From positions 736,001 to 800,000 of the forward strand of contig OZ242383.1 of the NCBI GenBank assembly GCA_965209155.1: a DNA stretch of 64,000 nt. Reading direction: 5' to 3'. Below are positions 19,732 through 29,234 of the stretch, one piece after another. Both the position numbers and the translations under genes were made by a program. The DNA is from a bacterium. GTDB taxonomy: Bacteria; SAR324; NAC60-12. The first letter of the stretch is position 1; each line of letters opens with the position of its first letter. Under the pieces are notes generated by a model. The model had not been told where the DNA came from. It worked only from the letters and a program-made list of their open reading frames with translations, and did not search any database.

Positions 19732-20682
19732 AGAGTCTGACTTGGAAGTTTGGAAAAGTAGCGTTATTATTTTCTTTAAATCGATTTGACTTTCCTTCTC
19801 GCTGGTTTCTGAAGATGGCTCGTCAACCACGACTTTACTATCCTGGCGCGCTTCCCCATGTGATACTTCTGGCAATAGAGGGCAACCCATTTTTTCAGTT
19901 CCCCGACTGTCGACCATTTTATGACTTGCTTCCAGAAGCTTCCCAACGCTTTGATCATCGAATTTACACCTTTATTTAATGAGCAATCCAACTTGTCCCT
20001 CCCGGTTCCCCTCCTCTTTGAGGACGGATCATTCATCAAGTGGCTCGAGTTTATCAACTACCGGAGCAGGAATTAACCCGAGTTCGACATAAAGCTTCAA
20101 TAATAGGAGTATCCAGGCGTATATGTCATTACGGGCGAAGACCCGGAATCCAGATTTCAGTCTGGCTGCCTACCTCTGGATTCCTGGTCAAGCCAGGAAG
20201 GACACAAAGGCTTACTGGATGCCTGGTCAAGCCAGGAAGGACACAAAGGCAGAATGGAGTCCTGCTCAAGCCAGGAAGGACACAAAGGCAGAATGGAGTC
20301 CTGCTCAAGCCAGGAAGGACACAAAGGCAGAATGGAGTCCTGCTCAAGCCAGGAAGGACACAAAGGCAGAATGGAGTCCTGCTCAAGCCAGGAAGGACAC
20401 AAAGGCAGAATGGATTCCTGGTCAAGCCAGGAATGACACGGTTCCTCTGCGGTTATGAAAGTCGAGTGAAGTCTGTACGATGATTGGCCTGTTGGCTTTC
20501 GATTGAAAGTCCGCCACGATTCGGGAGGTCGGAAACGTTTTCAATCGAGATGATTCGACGATCCGCTTTGCAGTGTACCGCTTGAGACGACGATTGAAGG
20601 AATCCGAGGGACTCCAAAATCAATCAGAGGAACTGAAACGGAAAATACTTGCTTGATAATACAAACTTTCAGGCCTGCCCCC
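19732..20682 (+). mobile_element. Y1 transposase remnant element, copy 2
   Basis: Colinear with copy 1; ends agagtctgacttggaagttt and aaactttcaggcctgccccc; same internal deletion junction. Confidence 0.85.
20177..20439 (+). repeat. Tandem array of seven 39-bp palindromic units
   Basis: Unit tggagtcctgctcaagccaggaaggacacaaaggcagaa, with 4 identical central units; no unique spacers. Confidence 0.95.
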
Positions 20683-20922
20683 CTTCACGTCATCTCCCCG
20701 ATTGCGCACGGGCTGGAGACGGTACCTGCGTCGACGATTGGTTTTACCCCTCGAAGCGCCGGGCCATCATGGCAGAGCACAAGTGCTGACCCGGTAATCC
20801 GCTCCCCCAAGCGGCGATTGAAGAAATCTGCCGGGGCAGCGGTACAAAGTGGGTTCTTGTCTCAGGCAATCCAACGAATATTACTGCGCCTGGTGAAACG
20901 GTAATGTGTTCCGTGTAGCGGG

Positions 20923-22365
20923 TCAGCGACCGAAGACGATGTCTTCCCACACGGGAGCCTGGTTGGAACGGAGTCGCTTCAGGATGGCCAGCCTGCAAAT
21001 TTCCTGTCCGACTGTCAGAAGTCTCTCCGCGTTTTTCTTGACACGGCCGGAATGGACGGCGCCAGACGCGGCGGCATAGACGTTCTTGAGGGTATTGTAA
21101 CGCTGCCGCCTTTCCGCCGGGTTGCGACCCGTATACCAAGCCCCGTTGGTCGCCAGGCGGAAGGTCAACTCTGCACGGTTGCCTCCATCTAGGAACAGTG
21201 CTTCGAGAGCGGTCCTGAGGAATACCAGACGGTCGGCTGAATCCGGACGACGCGATTTGGACTTAAGCCAGTACTGGAAGGCGGTCTCCACACTGGGCGG
21301 CAGGTTACGCAATTCAGGCTGGAGCCGGATGGCTTTCCTGAGGTTATCTGCTGTCAACATCGAAACAGTGGCTGTTCGAGGGGTCGGCTCATTACTGCCG
21401 TAGTTGGAAGAGCTCAAATGCTGGCCGAAATGGGCATGGTCTCTGTAGTCAGTCCATATCATGGGAGTTTCGACCGCCACGTCGCATATGAGGGACAAGG
21501 CGCGTCTGAGCTCATAGATACCGCTGATAGACAGTGGCGACGTCACTTCGAAGTCTGCCGAATATTGCCAGGACTCGACTGGAGTACCGCCATGTTGTTC
21601 GGTGACTTTGGTGGGTTTCGACAAGACCGGAGCGATTTTACACGGGATGCGAAGTATTGTGCGATCCAGATAGTCCGACAGCGCGACACCAAATCTGGTG
21701 GGGAACCAGCCTTCTAGGTGATCGCTCTTGCGTGGCAGTCGCTCAACGGCTAGACCATTTGCGAGGGCAAAGGGAGAGTCTGCACATAACCGGCCGAGGA
21801 GGACGCGCGATTCGAATCCGAGGGGGGCGCCGCGAACCCAGCGTAGCACCTTGCTCGCCGTACGTCGCGGCGTGGTGAGGCAGGAGTCGACGACAAGATA
21901 GCTCCAAAGGTCAGCTGTTGCGGAGACGCCGACGGACTTTTCCATTAAATCGGATTGTAGAACAGTCGAACGGTGGCGTGTGGGGAGAACCGAGCCAAGG
22001 CCATGGGCAACGTGGCCTTCGGACAAGACTCCGAAGGTATCGAGCAGACGTTCGAAATCTTTGCGGCGGGTTATGCCTTCTGAGCTTCTGCAAAGCGCTT
22101 TCACCCGGATATCAGACCGGAATGATTGTCGCTTCCAGCTGTCTTCCTGGTGTAGCGACTTGAGGCCGTGGGCGTCGAGTTCCTCCTTGGAGGTCTCTTC
22201 GAGCGTGCTTTCGAACGTGCTGCTGGGGTGACCGCTGTAATCGCCAGGAACGAACTTGGTGTTGGCGTGTTCGACATGGGTCACAGAAAAGCGGGCGTCG
22301 CGGAGTTCGGCGCACAGGAGCCCGGTCAACGCGGAAGCTCTTTTCTTGTCATTGTTTGCATTCAT
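20923..22365 (-). CDS. Protein with C-terminal ApeA-like HEPN domain
   Basis: LRTALEALFLD...ELTFRLA...LKNVYAAASGAVHSG; visibly more GC-rich than the flanks. Confidence 0.7.
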   Translation of the reverse strand: MNANNDKKRASALTGLLCAELRDARFSVTHVEHANTKFVPGDYSGHPSSTFESTLEETSKEELDAHGLKSLHQEDSWKRQSFRSDIRVKALCRSSEGITRRKDFERLLDTFGVLSEGHVAHGLGSVLPTRHRSTVLQSDLMEKSVGVSATADLWSYLVVDSCLTTPRRTASKVLRWVRGAPLGFESRVLLGRLCADSPFALANGLAVERLPRKSDHLEGWFPTRFGVALSDYLDRTILRIPCKIAPVLSKPTKVTEQHGGTPVESWQYSADFEVTSPLSISGIYELRRALSLICDVAVETPMIWTDYRDHAHFGQHLSSSNYGSNEPTPRTATVSMLTADNLRKAIRLQPELRNLPPSVETAFQYWLKSKSRRPDSADRLVFLRTALEALFLDGGNRAELTFRLATNGAWYTGRNPAERRQRYNTLKNVYAAASGAVHSGRVKKNAERLLTVGQEICRLAILKRLRSNQAPVWEDIVFGR

Positions 22366-22394
22366 ACTTCGAGTTCGCGGTAATTGCGAGTGTC

Positions 22395-22440
22395 TGGGTA
22401 TTCAGAGCAATTTGGACACCGATTCTGGTGGAAACTGGGA
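22395..22440 (+). mobile_element. Possible IS21-family terminal remnant
   Basis: tgggtattcagagcaatttggacaccgattctggtggaaactggga resembles the reiterated IS21-type end pattern; recognised by eye only. Confidence 0.4.
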
Positions 22441-22463
22441 TTAGGGGGCTGACCTTCGATTAA

Positions 22464-22500
22464 GAACCTGTTTGAAATTAGTTGAGCTTCCTATTGGAAG
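22464..22500 (+). mobile_element. Orphan IS5-type terminal repeat
   Basis: taa|gaacctgtttgaaattagttgagcttcc; matches 17085-17120. Confidence 0.55.
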
Positions 22501-22676
22501 TTTTCCATGTCACATTCATTTTGATAGAAATGAAGCCTTAATAAAAAGGAGTGAACATGGAACGTTCAGGTTATAACAGTGATGTCAGTGATAAACAATA
22601 GGAAAGACTTCAAGAGTACCTTCCCAAAATTTCAACTCGTAGAGCCCACCTTCATAAATGGGAACTACGAGTGTAC

Positions 22677-23829
22677 CAGATCAGGCTGGAAAGTTTGGAA
22701 AAGTAGCGTGATTGTATTATTCAAATCGATTTCACTATCCGTTTCACTTGTTTCAAAAGATGACGCGTTAACCACGCCTTTACTTTCCTGGTGCGCTTTA
22801 TCATGTGATACTTCGTGGCAATGGAGGGCAATCCATTTTTTTCAGTCCCCCCGACTATCGACCATTTTCTCTCTTGCTCCAAGAAGGTTCCCAATGCTTT
22901 GATCACCGGATTCACGCCTTTTGTTTAAAGAGCAATCATACATGTCCCTCCCGGTTCTCCTCCTCTTTGAGGACGGATTATTCATCATGTGGCTCGAGTT
23001 TATCAACTACCGGAGCAGGAATTAACCCGAGTTCGACATCAATCTTCAATGATAGGAGTATCCAGGCGTATATGTCATTACGGGCGAAGACCCGGAATCC
23101 AGATTTCAGTCTGACTGCATACCTCTGGATTCCTGGTCAAGCCAGGAATGACACAAAGGCTTACTGGATGCCTGGTCAAGCCAGGAAGGACACAAAGACA
23201 TACTGGATTCCTGCTCAAGCCAGGAAGGACACAAAAGCGTACTGGAGTCCTGATCGTAGCCAGGAAGGACACAAAGGCTTACTGGATGCCTGGTCAAGCC
23301 AGGAAGGACACAAAGACATACTGGATGCCTGGTCAAGCCAGGAAGGACACAAAGGCTTACTGGATGCCTGGTCAAGCCAGGAAGGACACAAAGGCAGAAT
23401 GGAGTCCTGATCAAGCCAGGAAGGACACAAAGGCAGAATGGAGTCCTGATCAAGCCAGGAAGGACACAAAGGCAGAATGGATTCCTGGTCTGAGCCAGGA
23501 ATGACACAAAGACATACTGGATTCCTGGTCTGAGCCAGGAATGACACAAAGACATATTGGATTCCTGGTCAAGCCAGGAATGACACGGTTCCTCTGCAGT
23601 CACGAAAGTCGAGTGAAGCCCGCGCAATGATTGGCCTGATGGCTTTCGATTGGAAGTCCGCAACGATTCGGGAGCTCGGGAAAGCTTTCAATTGAGAAGA
23701 TACGACGATCCGCTTTGCAGTGAACCGCTTGATACGACGATTGAAGGAATCCGAGGAGCTCCAAAATCAATTAGAGGAACTGAAACTTCAAATACTTGCT
23801 TGAAGTTCCAAACTTCCAAGCCTGACCCA
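22677..23829 (+). mobile_element. Y1 transposase remnant element, copy 3
   Basis: Ends cagatcaggctggaaagttt and aaacttccaagcctgaccca; YHVILRGNGGQSIFFSPPDYRPFSLLLQEGSQCFDHRIHAFCLKSNH remnant. Confidence 0.85.
23126..23586 (+). repeat. Tandem array of twelve 39-40-bp palindromic units
   Basis: tgga(t/g)(t/g)cctggtcaagccaggaa(g/t)gacacaaa plus a 7-nt tail drawn from a few variants (ggcttac, gacatac, agcgtac, ggcagaa). Confidence 0.95.
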
Positions 23830-24711
23830 AATTTGCATTTCTGATCGACGTCATCCAGAAACTCTCTTTAAAAATCGATTCTGCCAATTCAAGAGCTTGA
23901 AGTTTTCTGAGATTCAACTGACAAGACCGGATCTACGGGGGCTCGATGAATTGAGTTAATAATTTATGCGTTGGGATGCGGCCATCTTCAAAGTCAATGA
24001 AATAGTCCTTTTTCAGCTGACAAGAGACTATTGCTTCATGCTAAAAAATCGCTCTCTGTCGATTCTACGGATTCAGGGTGCCCCGTTCATTTCAGCTGAG
24101 GCTGTTGAGAAAATCAAGCGTGGATGCAGGGATTTCATATCGAGGCGGGCATTGAAAACGTTGAACCGGGCAGGGATCTCCTCTGCCGATCCGTGGGGTC
24201 TCACTCGATATCGCATGGGACGGATCTGCCTCACTCCATTGCCCCAGACGATAACAGGAGCGAAATATCCCGGGTAAATGCGTGAATGATTTCCCTCTTC
24301 TTTAAAAAAAAAGAGAGGCGGGCTTCCTTTTCAAGCCGAGGGTTTCTTTGATGCCTGCCACATTCCGTTCCGTCTCAATTTGTTGCATGGACGAAAATTG
24401 ATCGAAAGCGTGAGGGTCGATCGACGCATGGATGCGTGCCGCCTGTTTTTTGAGGAACCCATGACGCTGAGGGTGGCCTCAGGCGGAGTTTATGACAAAG
24501 CATGGAAAATGAAGCAGTCTCATAAATCCCCGCGATAACTGTCCGGTTGGAACCAGATTCCCACGGTCGGCTGACGGCAAATTTCGTGGTTCCCTGCAGC
24601 AGTTCAGCAGGATCCCGGGGAACTCTCCCAAGGTCATTTGGAATTGAATTTCCTATAAGTTCGTTCTGAAATCGTGAACCTTGTACTGTCATCAAAACGG
24701 TAACTTCAGAT

Positions 24712-25070
24712 TGTCATACGGGTTCCGGATCAAGTCCGGCATGATCCGATATCCAGGGCTCGCGCTAGTTTCCTGGCTCGCTGCATACCTATGGATTCCT
24801 GTTTCCTGAACGCCGAATGCGCGTGAACGAATATAGCAGGGATAGATTTTGCAGGGACAAGCTTCGCAGGAATGACCGGGTTTTTCTAGGATACGAATAT
24901 TCATAACATATTGAAATTATTATATATTTATCTCATATTCAGGTTGGCTATACATTCCCACAAGCAACGATTTTGCGCTATAAGTGAAAAAATCTATTGG
25001 TAAAATTTGAGCTGAAAAGAAGATTCCATAACATATTGAAATTATTATATTTTTATCTCGAACTCAGGTT
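24712..25070. mobile_element. Partial REP-carrying MITE with a duplicated end
   Basis: A REP doublet followed by cataacatattgaaattattata..ttatctc...tcaggtt twice (ends at 24945 and 25070); reverse complement of the left end of the MITE at 60317. Confidence 0.75.
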
Positions 25071-25319
25071 AGAAAATTAAATCCATCCCCCATAAAAAAC
25101 TATGCACTAAAATTTGATTTGAGAATAATTCTATTGGTAAAATTTGGGCATGAAAAAAGTCAGTGCATGAGATTCGAAATTATCTCAAGGCGCATGTTTT
25201 TTTCAGCATAGTAAGGACGCCAATTCACTTAATTATTGGATTGGGTCGAAAAACAAGGGAAGACAGAATGATTCGAGGATTCCCAGATAATATTAAAAAT
25301 TTTTTTAAAGGAATTTAAT

Positions 25320-25745
25320 ATGGCTAGACATTCTAAATTAACCCCGGAGCTACAAGATAAAATTTGTAAGGCGTTGAAACTTGGGCACCCCCTGAATACC
25401 GCGGCTCCGTTGGCCGGCGTGACCGTACGAACTGCGCATAGCTGGCTGGCGCGAGGGCGCAAGGAGGACAATCGAATCGCCGGGGGGGAAGCGGTGAACC
25501 AAGACGAAGCAATTTACCTGGATTTTCTGATTGCGACCGGAGAAGCGACGTCGCATGCAGTGGACAGGGTCCTACAGAATTTGGCAGCCGAGGCTGACCA
25601 AAACCCCAAGGTGTCGCAATGGTTATTGTCCCACTATCTCTCCGGAAGCCGGGTAAAGTCCGAAGAGATGGAAGAACGGATTGCGACTTTGGAAGCATCT
25701 ATGAATGAAGCTTTTGAGGAGAAGGAGGAAAATAAAAATGGATAA
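25320..25745 (+). CDS. HTH protein resembling phage terminase small subunit-like proteins
   Basis: MARHSKLTPELQDKICKALKLG...AAPLAGVTVRTAHSWLARG...YLDF...WLL pattern. Confidence 0.6.
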   Translation: MARHSKLTPELQDKICKALKLGHPLNTAAPLAGVTVRTAHSWLARGRKEDNRIAGGEAVNQDEAIYLDFLIATGEATSHAVDRVLQNLAAEADQNPKVSQWLLSHYLSGSRVKSEEMEERIATLEASMNEAFEEKEENKNG

Positions 25746-26229
25746 AATTCGTGAATTCTCGAAGCGCTTAAAAATTCTGGAAAGCAATATGAAGATATTG
25801 ACAGAACCGGAACACATAACTTGTACTGTAAAAAGGTGCTTCCACGCCGAGGTCGAGTGCGCTTGTAACTGCGGAAAACATGGTGTGGTGCGTGTAGAAA
25901 AGTTTTGGGAGAGACCGGGAAATAGCGTTTGCAAGCATTTTCACAAACCCCCTAAAATACCTTGCGGTTGCTTGAGCATGGAAGAAATAAGAAGTATAGA
26001 TGGCTATTCTAATATTTTAAAAACAAAGTGGCCTTCAGACGATGGGAATATGTTGCAAAGGGTACCGGGTCTATTCAGATTTGATTGCAATCAAGGGTTT
26101 GATAAATTTGAGCTATATAGAAGGGGTAATCTTATTATTAAATTGAATGGGAATACTATAAAAACTGAAAAAACAATTGCTGAGATTCCCTATGAAAGCC
26201 TTTTGGCACGCTTCGGCGTGAGTCCGTAG
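25738..26229 (+). CDS. Hypothetical Cys/His-rich protein
   Basis: aggagg RBS and ATG overlapping the upstream gene end; contains CTVKRCFH, CACNC, CKHFH, CGC. Confidence 0.65.
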   Translation: MDKIREFSKRLKILESNMKILTEPEHITCTVKRCFHAEVECACNCGKHGVVRVEKFWERPGNSVCKHFHKPPKIPCGCLSMEEIRSIDGYSNILKTKWPSDDGNMLQRVPGLFRFDCNQGFDKFELYRRGNLIIKLNGNTIKTEKTIAEIPYESLLARFGVSP

Positions 26230-26240
26230 ATATCCCTCCA

Positions 26241-26366
26241 TGTCATTCCCGCGAAACTTGTCCCTGCGAAACTTGTCCCTGCGAAAGCAGGGAGCAGGGA
26301 GCGGGGAGTAGGAATCCAGTGTATCGAAATGGCCCCTGGATTCCGGGTCTGCGCCCGGAATGACAC
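26241..26366. repeat. REP doublet with concentric nested palindromes
   Basis: tgtcattcccgcgaaa-(cttgtccctgcgaaa)x2-gcagggag-cagggag-cggggag-taggaatccag...ctggattccgggtctgcgcccggaatgaca. Confidence 0.85.
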
Positions 26367-26368
26367 GC

Positions 26369-27682
26369 TTAAGCAATTTAGAAGACGTGGTCAGATTTTT
26401 TAGATCGAGTGAAGAAACTGAAGAAATGATAGCCAGTTTTCAATAATATGAATGTTCTGCTACAATTCGGCGAAAGTGCGTAGATCCCCTGGATTCCGGG
26501 TCTATGCCCGGAATGACACGTTTTAGACTTCGTGTTTTTCGCCCGGAATGACACGCTCCTGGCTTCGTGTTTTTCGCCCGGAATGACACGCTTTTGGATT
26601 GGTGTTTTTCGCCCGGAATGACAGCCTTAAGCTATTTTGAGGAAGTGGTCAGATTTTTTAGATCGAGTGAAGAAACTGAAGAAACGATAGCCAGTTTTCA
26701 ATAATATGAATGTTCTGCTACAATTCGGCGAAAGTGCGTAAATCCCCTGGATTCCGGGTCTATGCCCGGAATGACACAATCCTGGATTGCGGGTCTTTGC
26801 TTGGAATGACACAATCCTGGATTCCGGGTCTGCGCCCGGAACGACACGCTTTTGGATTGGTGTTTTTCGGCCAGAATGACAGCCTTAAGATATTTTGAGG
26901 AGGTGGTCAGATTTTTTAGATAGAGTGAAGAAACTGAAGAAATGATAGCCAGTTTTCAATAATATGAATGTTCTGCTACAATTCGGCGAAAGTGCGTAAA
27001 TCCCCTGGATTGCGGGTCTTTGCTTGGAATGACACGCTTTTGGATTGGTGTTTTTCGGACGGAATGACAGCCTTAAGATATTTTGAGGAGGTGGTCAGAT
27101 TTTTTAGATAGAGTGAAGAAACTGAAGAAATGATAGCCAGTTTTCAATAATATGAATGTTCTGCTACAATTCGGCGAAAGTGCGTAGATCCCCTGGATTC
27201 CGGGTCTGCGCACGGAATGACACAATATTGAATTCTGGATCTTTGCCCGGAATGACACAATCCTGGATTGCGGGTCTTTGCTTGGAATGACACGCTTTTG
27301 GATTGGTGTTTTTCGGACGGAATGACACGCTCTTGGAATGATGTTTTTCGCTTGGAATGGCAGCCTATTGCTGTTTTGAAGAGGCGATCAGATTTTTTAG
27401 ATAGAGTGAAGAAACTGAAGAAATAATAGCCAGTTTTCTATAATATGAATGTTCTGCTACAATTCGGCGAAAGTGCGTAGATCCCCTGGATTCCGGGTCT
27501 GCGCACGGAATGACACAATCTTGGAATGATGTTTTTCGCCGGAAATGACACGTTACTGGCTTCGTGTTTTACGGCCGGAATGACACGCTTTTGGATTGGT
27601 GTTTTTTAGCTTGGAATGACAGCCTTAAGCTATTTTGAGGAGGTGGTCAGATTTTCAGATGGAGTGAAGAAACTGAAGAAAT
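26369..27682 (+). repeat. Mosaic array: five full and one partial ~120-bp conserved units, the full units followed by 4, 4, 2, 5 and 4 ~36-bp REP units
   Basis: Units start near 26369, 26627, 26885, 27073, 27366 and 27625 (..tggtcagattttttagatagagtgaagaaactgaagaaatgatagccagttttcaataatatgaatgttctgctacaattcggcgaaagtgcgtagatcccc). Confidence 0.93.
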
Positions 27683-27724
27683 ATCAGGCAATATTCCCTA
27701 TAATTTTATCTTGACCACTTTTTA

Positions 27725-27929
27725 GAACCTGTTTGAAATAAGGCGAACTCTCTCATCGATTTTTATCATCTCTGTGATTATCTTGGTGCAGCCTGCCAAG
27801 CCGCTTTTGAAGACGACTCTTCGGCCCTGAAAAAACAGAAACAAACCATGAAAAGTTGAGTTTCCTCTTGGATATCTCGTTATGATTTGCTTGATGTTAA
27901 AGAGAAATAAATGACTTTCAAACAGGTGC
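27725..27929. mobile_element. 205-bp MITE, IS5-type ends
   Basis: TIRs gaacctgtttgaaa / tttcaaacaggtgc flanked by TTA direct repeats (27722-24, 27930-32). Confidence 0.85.
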
Positions 27930-27969
27930 TTATAGTGGAAAAAACCTTTATTTGACTTTACCCCGACAA

Positions 27970-29061
27970 TTATCGGGAGGAGGCATAGTTGCTGTATTGC
28001 AAAATCAAATCCACAAACTTTTCCGATCCCCCGGGTGGGAGTAACTGGTGCAGCCGATTTCCCAAAACGCCGGGTTGGTAGCTGGCAAAAAAATCTTGCC
28101 ACCATTGTAATCCTTCTTCTGAAAACCATTGTTGGCTGAGTAACGCTCCTGCACCCGCATCCGCAATAACCGTTCCATTCAATTCTTGATGGCTACCGGG
28201 AAGGGGGACGATCACAGCATCTTTGGAAAGCAAAGCCAATTCTCCCAGAGTCCCCAAACCTGCCCGGGTGACCACGAGGTTACTACGTGCCAGCAGGTGT
28301 CCCATGCCTTCATGGATCATTGAAAAAGCATGGTAATCCGGATGAGAGCATGGCAGAGGAGGATGGTTATTTCCTGTCAGGTGTACAATCTGGAATCGTG
28401 CAAGCCATAAATCCAATACCGTTTCCACTGCCGAATTCAATCCGGCAGCACCTTGTCCACCCCCGGTTACCAACAAGACGGGTTTTTCCGCATCCAGGCC
28501 AAATTGAGCATTTGCTTGCCGAGGGCATGCATTTTTGATTTCCGCGCGAACAACGGGACCGATTTTTTTCTGTGGTATCGCCGGAAAATGAGGAGCCGTT
28601 TGTTCAAACAGGTAAGCAAGAACGTCGCTCACCGGGGCCATCAGTCGATTGGCCAATCCCGGTTGGACGTCCATTTGAAAAAGGACATGTGGTATTCTCA
28701 GTAACCAGGCCGCATAAGCAACCGGAACACTGACAAAACTTCCGGCAGAAACGACGACATGCGGACGGAAGCAGATCAATTTTACCAGGCCGACGAAGAA
28801 TCCCGAAACTATAAAAATGGGATCCAGCAAGTTGCGCCAACTCCAGTAACGGCGAAGTTTACCGGAGGGAATGCGTTCAAAGGGGAGTCCTGCCCGGGCA
28901 ACCATTGCTTTCTCGGGTCCCTTGCCAGTGCCCCAAAATACTGCGGCTATTTGATTTTTCCCCAATTTGAATACCAGCTCCTCGTAAATAGCTAAAAGGG
29001 GAGTGGTCGGTCCGCCGGAACCACCTCCTGTGAAAACAATGCGTAAGATTTGTTTTTGCAT
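27970..29061 (-). CDS. murG: MurG-family glycosyltransferase
   Basis: TGGGSGG, IPSGKLRRY, PGLANR, TGGGQGA, TRAG, HQELN. Confidence 0.88.
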   Translation of the reverse strand: MQKQILRIVFTGGGSGGPTTPLLAIYEELVFKLGKNQIAAVFWGTGKGPEKAMVARAGLPFERIPSGKLRRYWSWRNLLDPIFIVSGFFVGLVKLICFRPHVVVSAGSFVSVPVAYAAWLLRIPHVLFQMDVQPGLANRLMAPVSDVLAYLFEQTAPHFPAIPQKKIGPVVRAEIKNACPRQANAQFGLDAEKPVLLVTGGGQGAAGLNSAVETVLDLWLARFQIVHLTGNNHPPLPCSHPDYHAFSMIHEGMGHLLARSNLVVTRAGLGTLGELALLSKDAVIVPLPGSHQELNGTVIADAGAGALLSQQWFSEEGLQWWQDFFASYQPGVLGNRLHQLLPPGGSEKFVDLILQYSNYASSR

Positions 29062-29234
29062 TTAATGTTTATTTTTGAAAGATTCAGCAGTGGCCTTCAG
29101 TCATGATACGGACCCGAGTACAACTTGTTGAGTTTAACTTTGATGATTACAATAAACGATTGTCATTCCCGCGAAAGCGAGATTATTATGCTTTGTCTGA
29201 AAATATTTCTTTAACTTCACATTGTGGAGAAATC

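Noticed and set aside
20040..20483. Repeat-protein ORFs (e.g. WSPAQARKDTKAE repeats, and similar ORFs at 22805-23663)
   Set aside because: Open in several frames on both strands only because the 39-bp unit lacks stops; frames are not conserved between copies.
20177..23586. 39-bp arrays as CRISPR arrays
   Set aside because: Units are head-to-tail with only 7-nt reused tails and no unique spacers, there are no cas genes, and the repeat belongs to the dispersed gtcattcc..ggaatcca REP family.
23830..24700. ORFs 23966-24277 and 24375-24695, and a gaggctgttgagaaa IS-like end near 24098
   Set aside because: No recognisable protein motifs and no matching second TIR found.
26369..27682. Mosaic array as CRISPR
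   Set aside because: The long segments are near-identical rather than unique, and the palindromes are the variable part.
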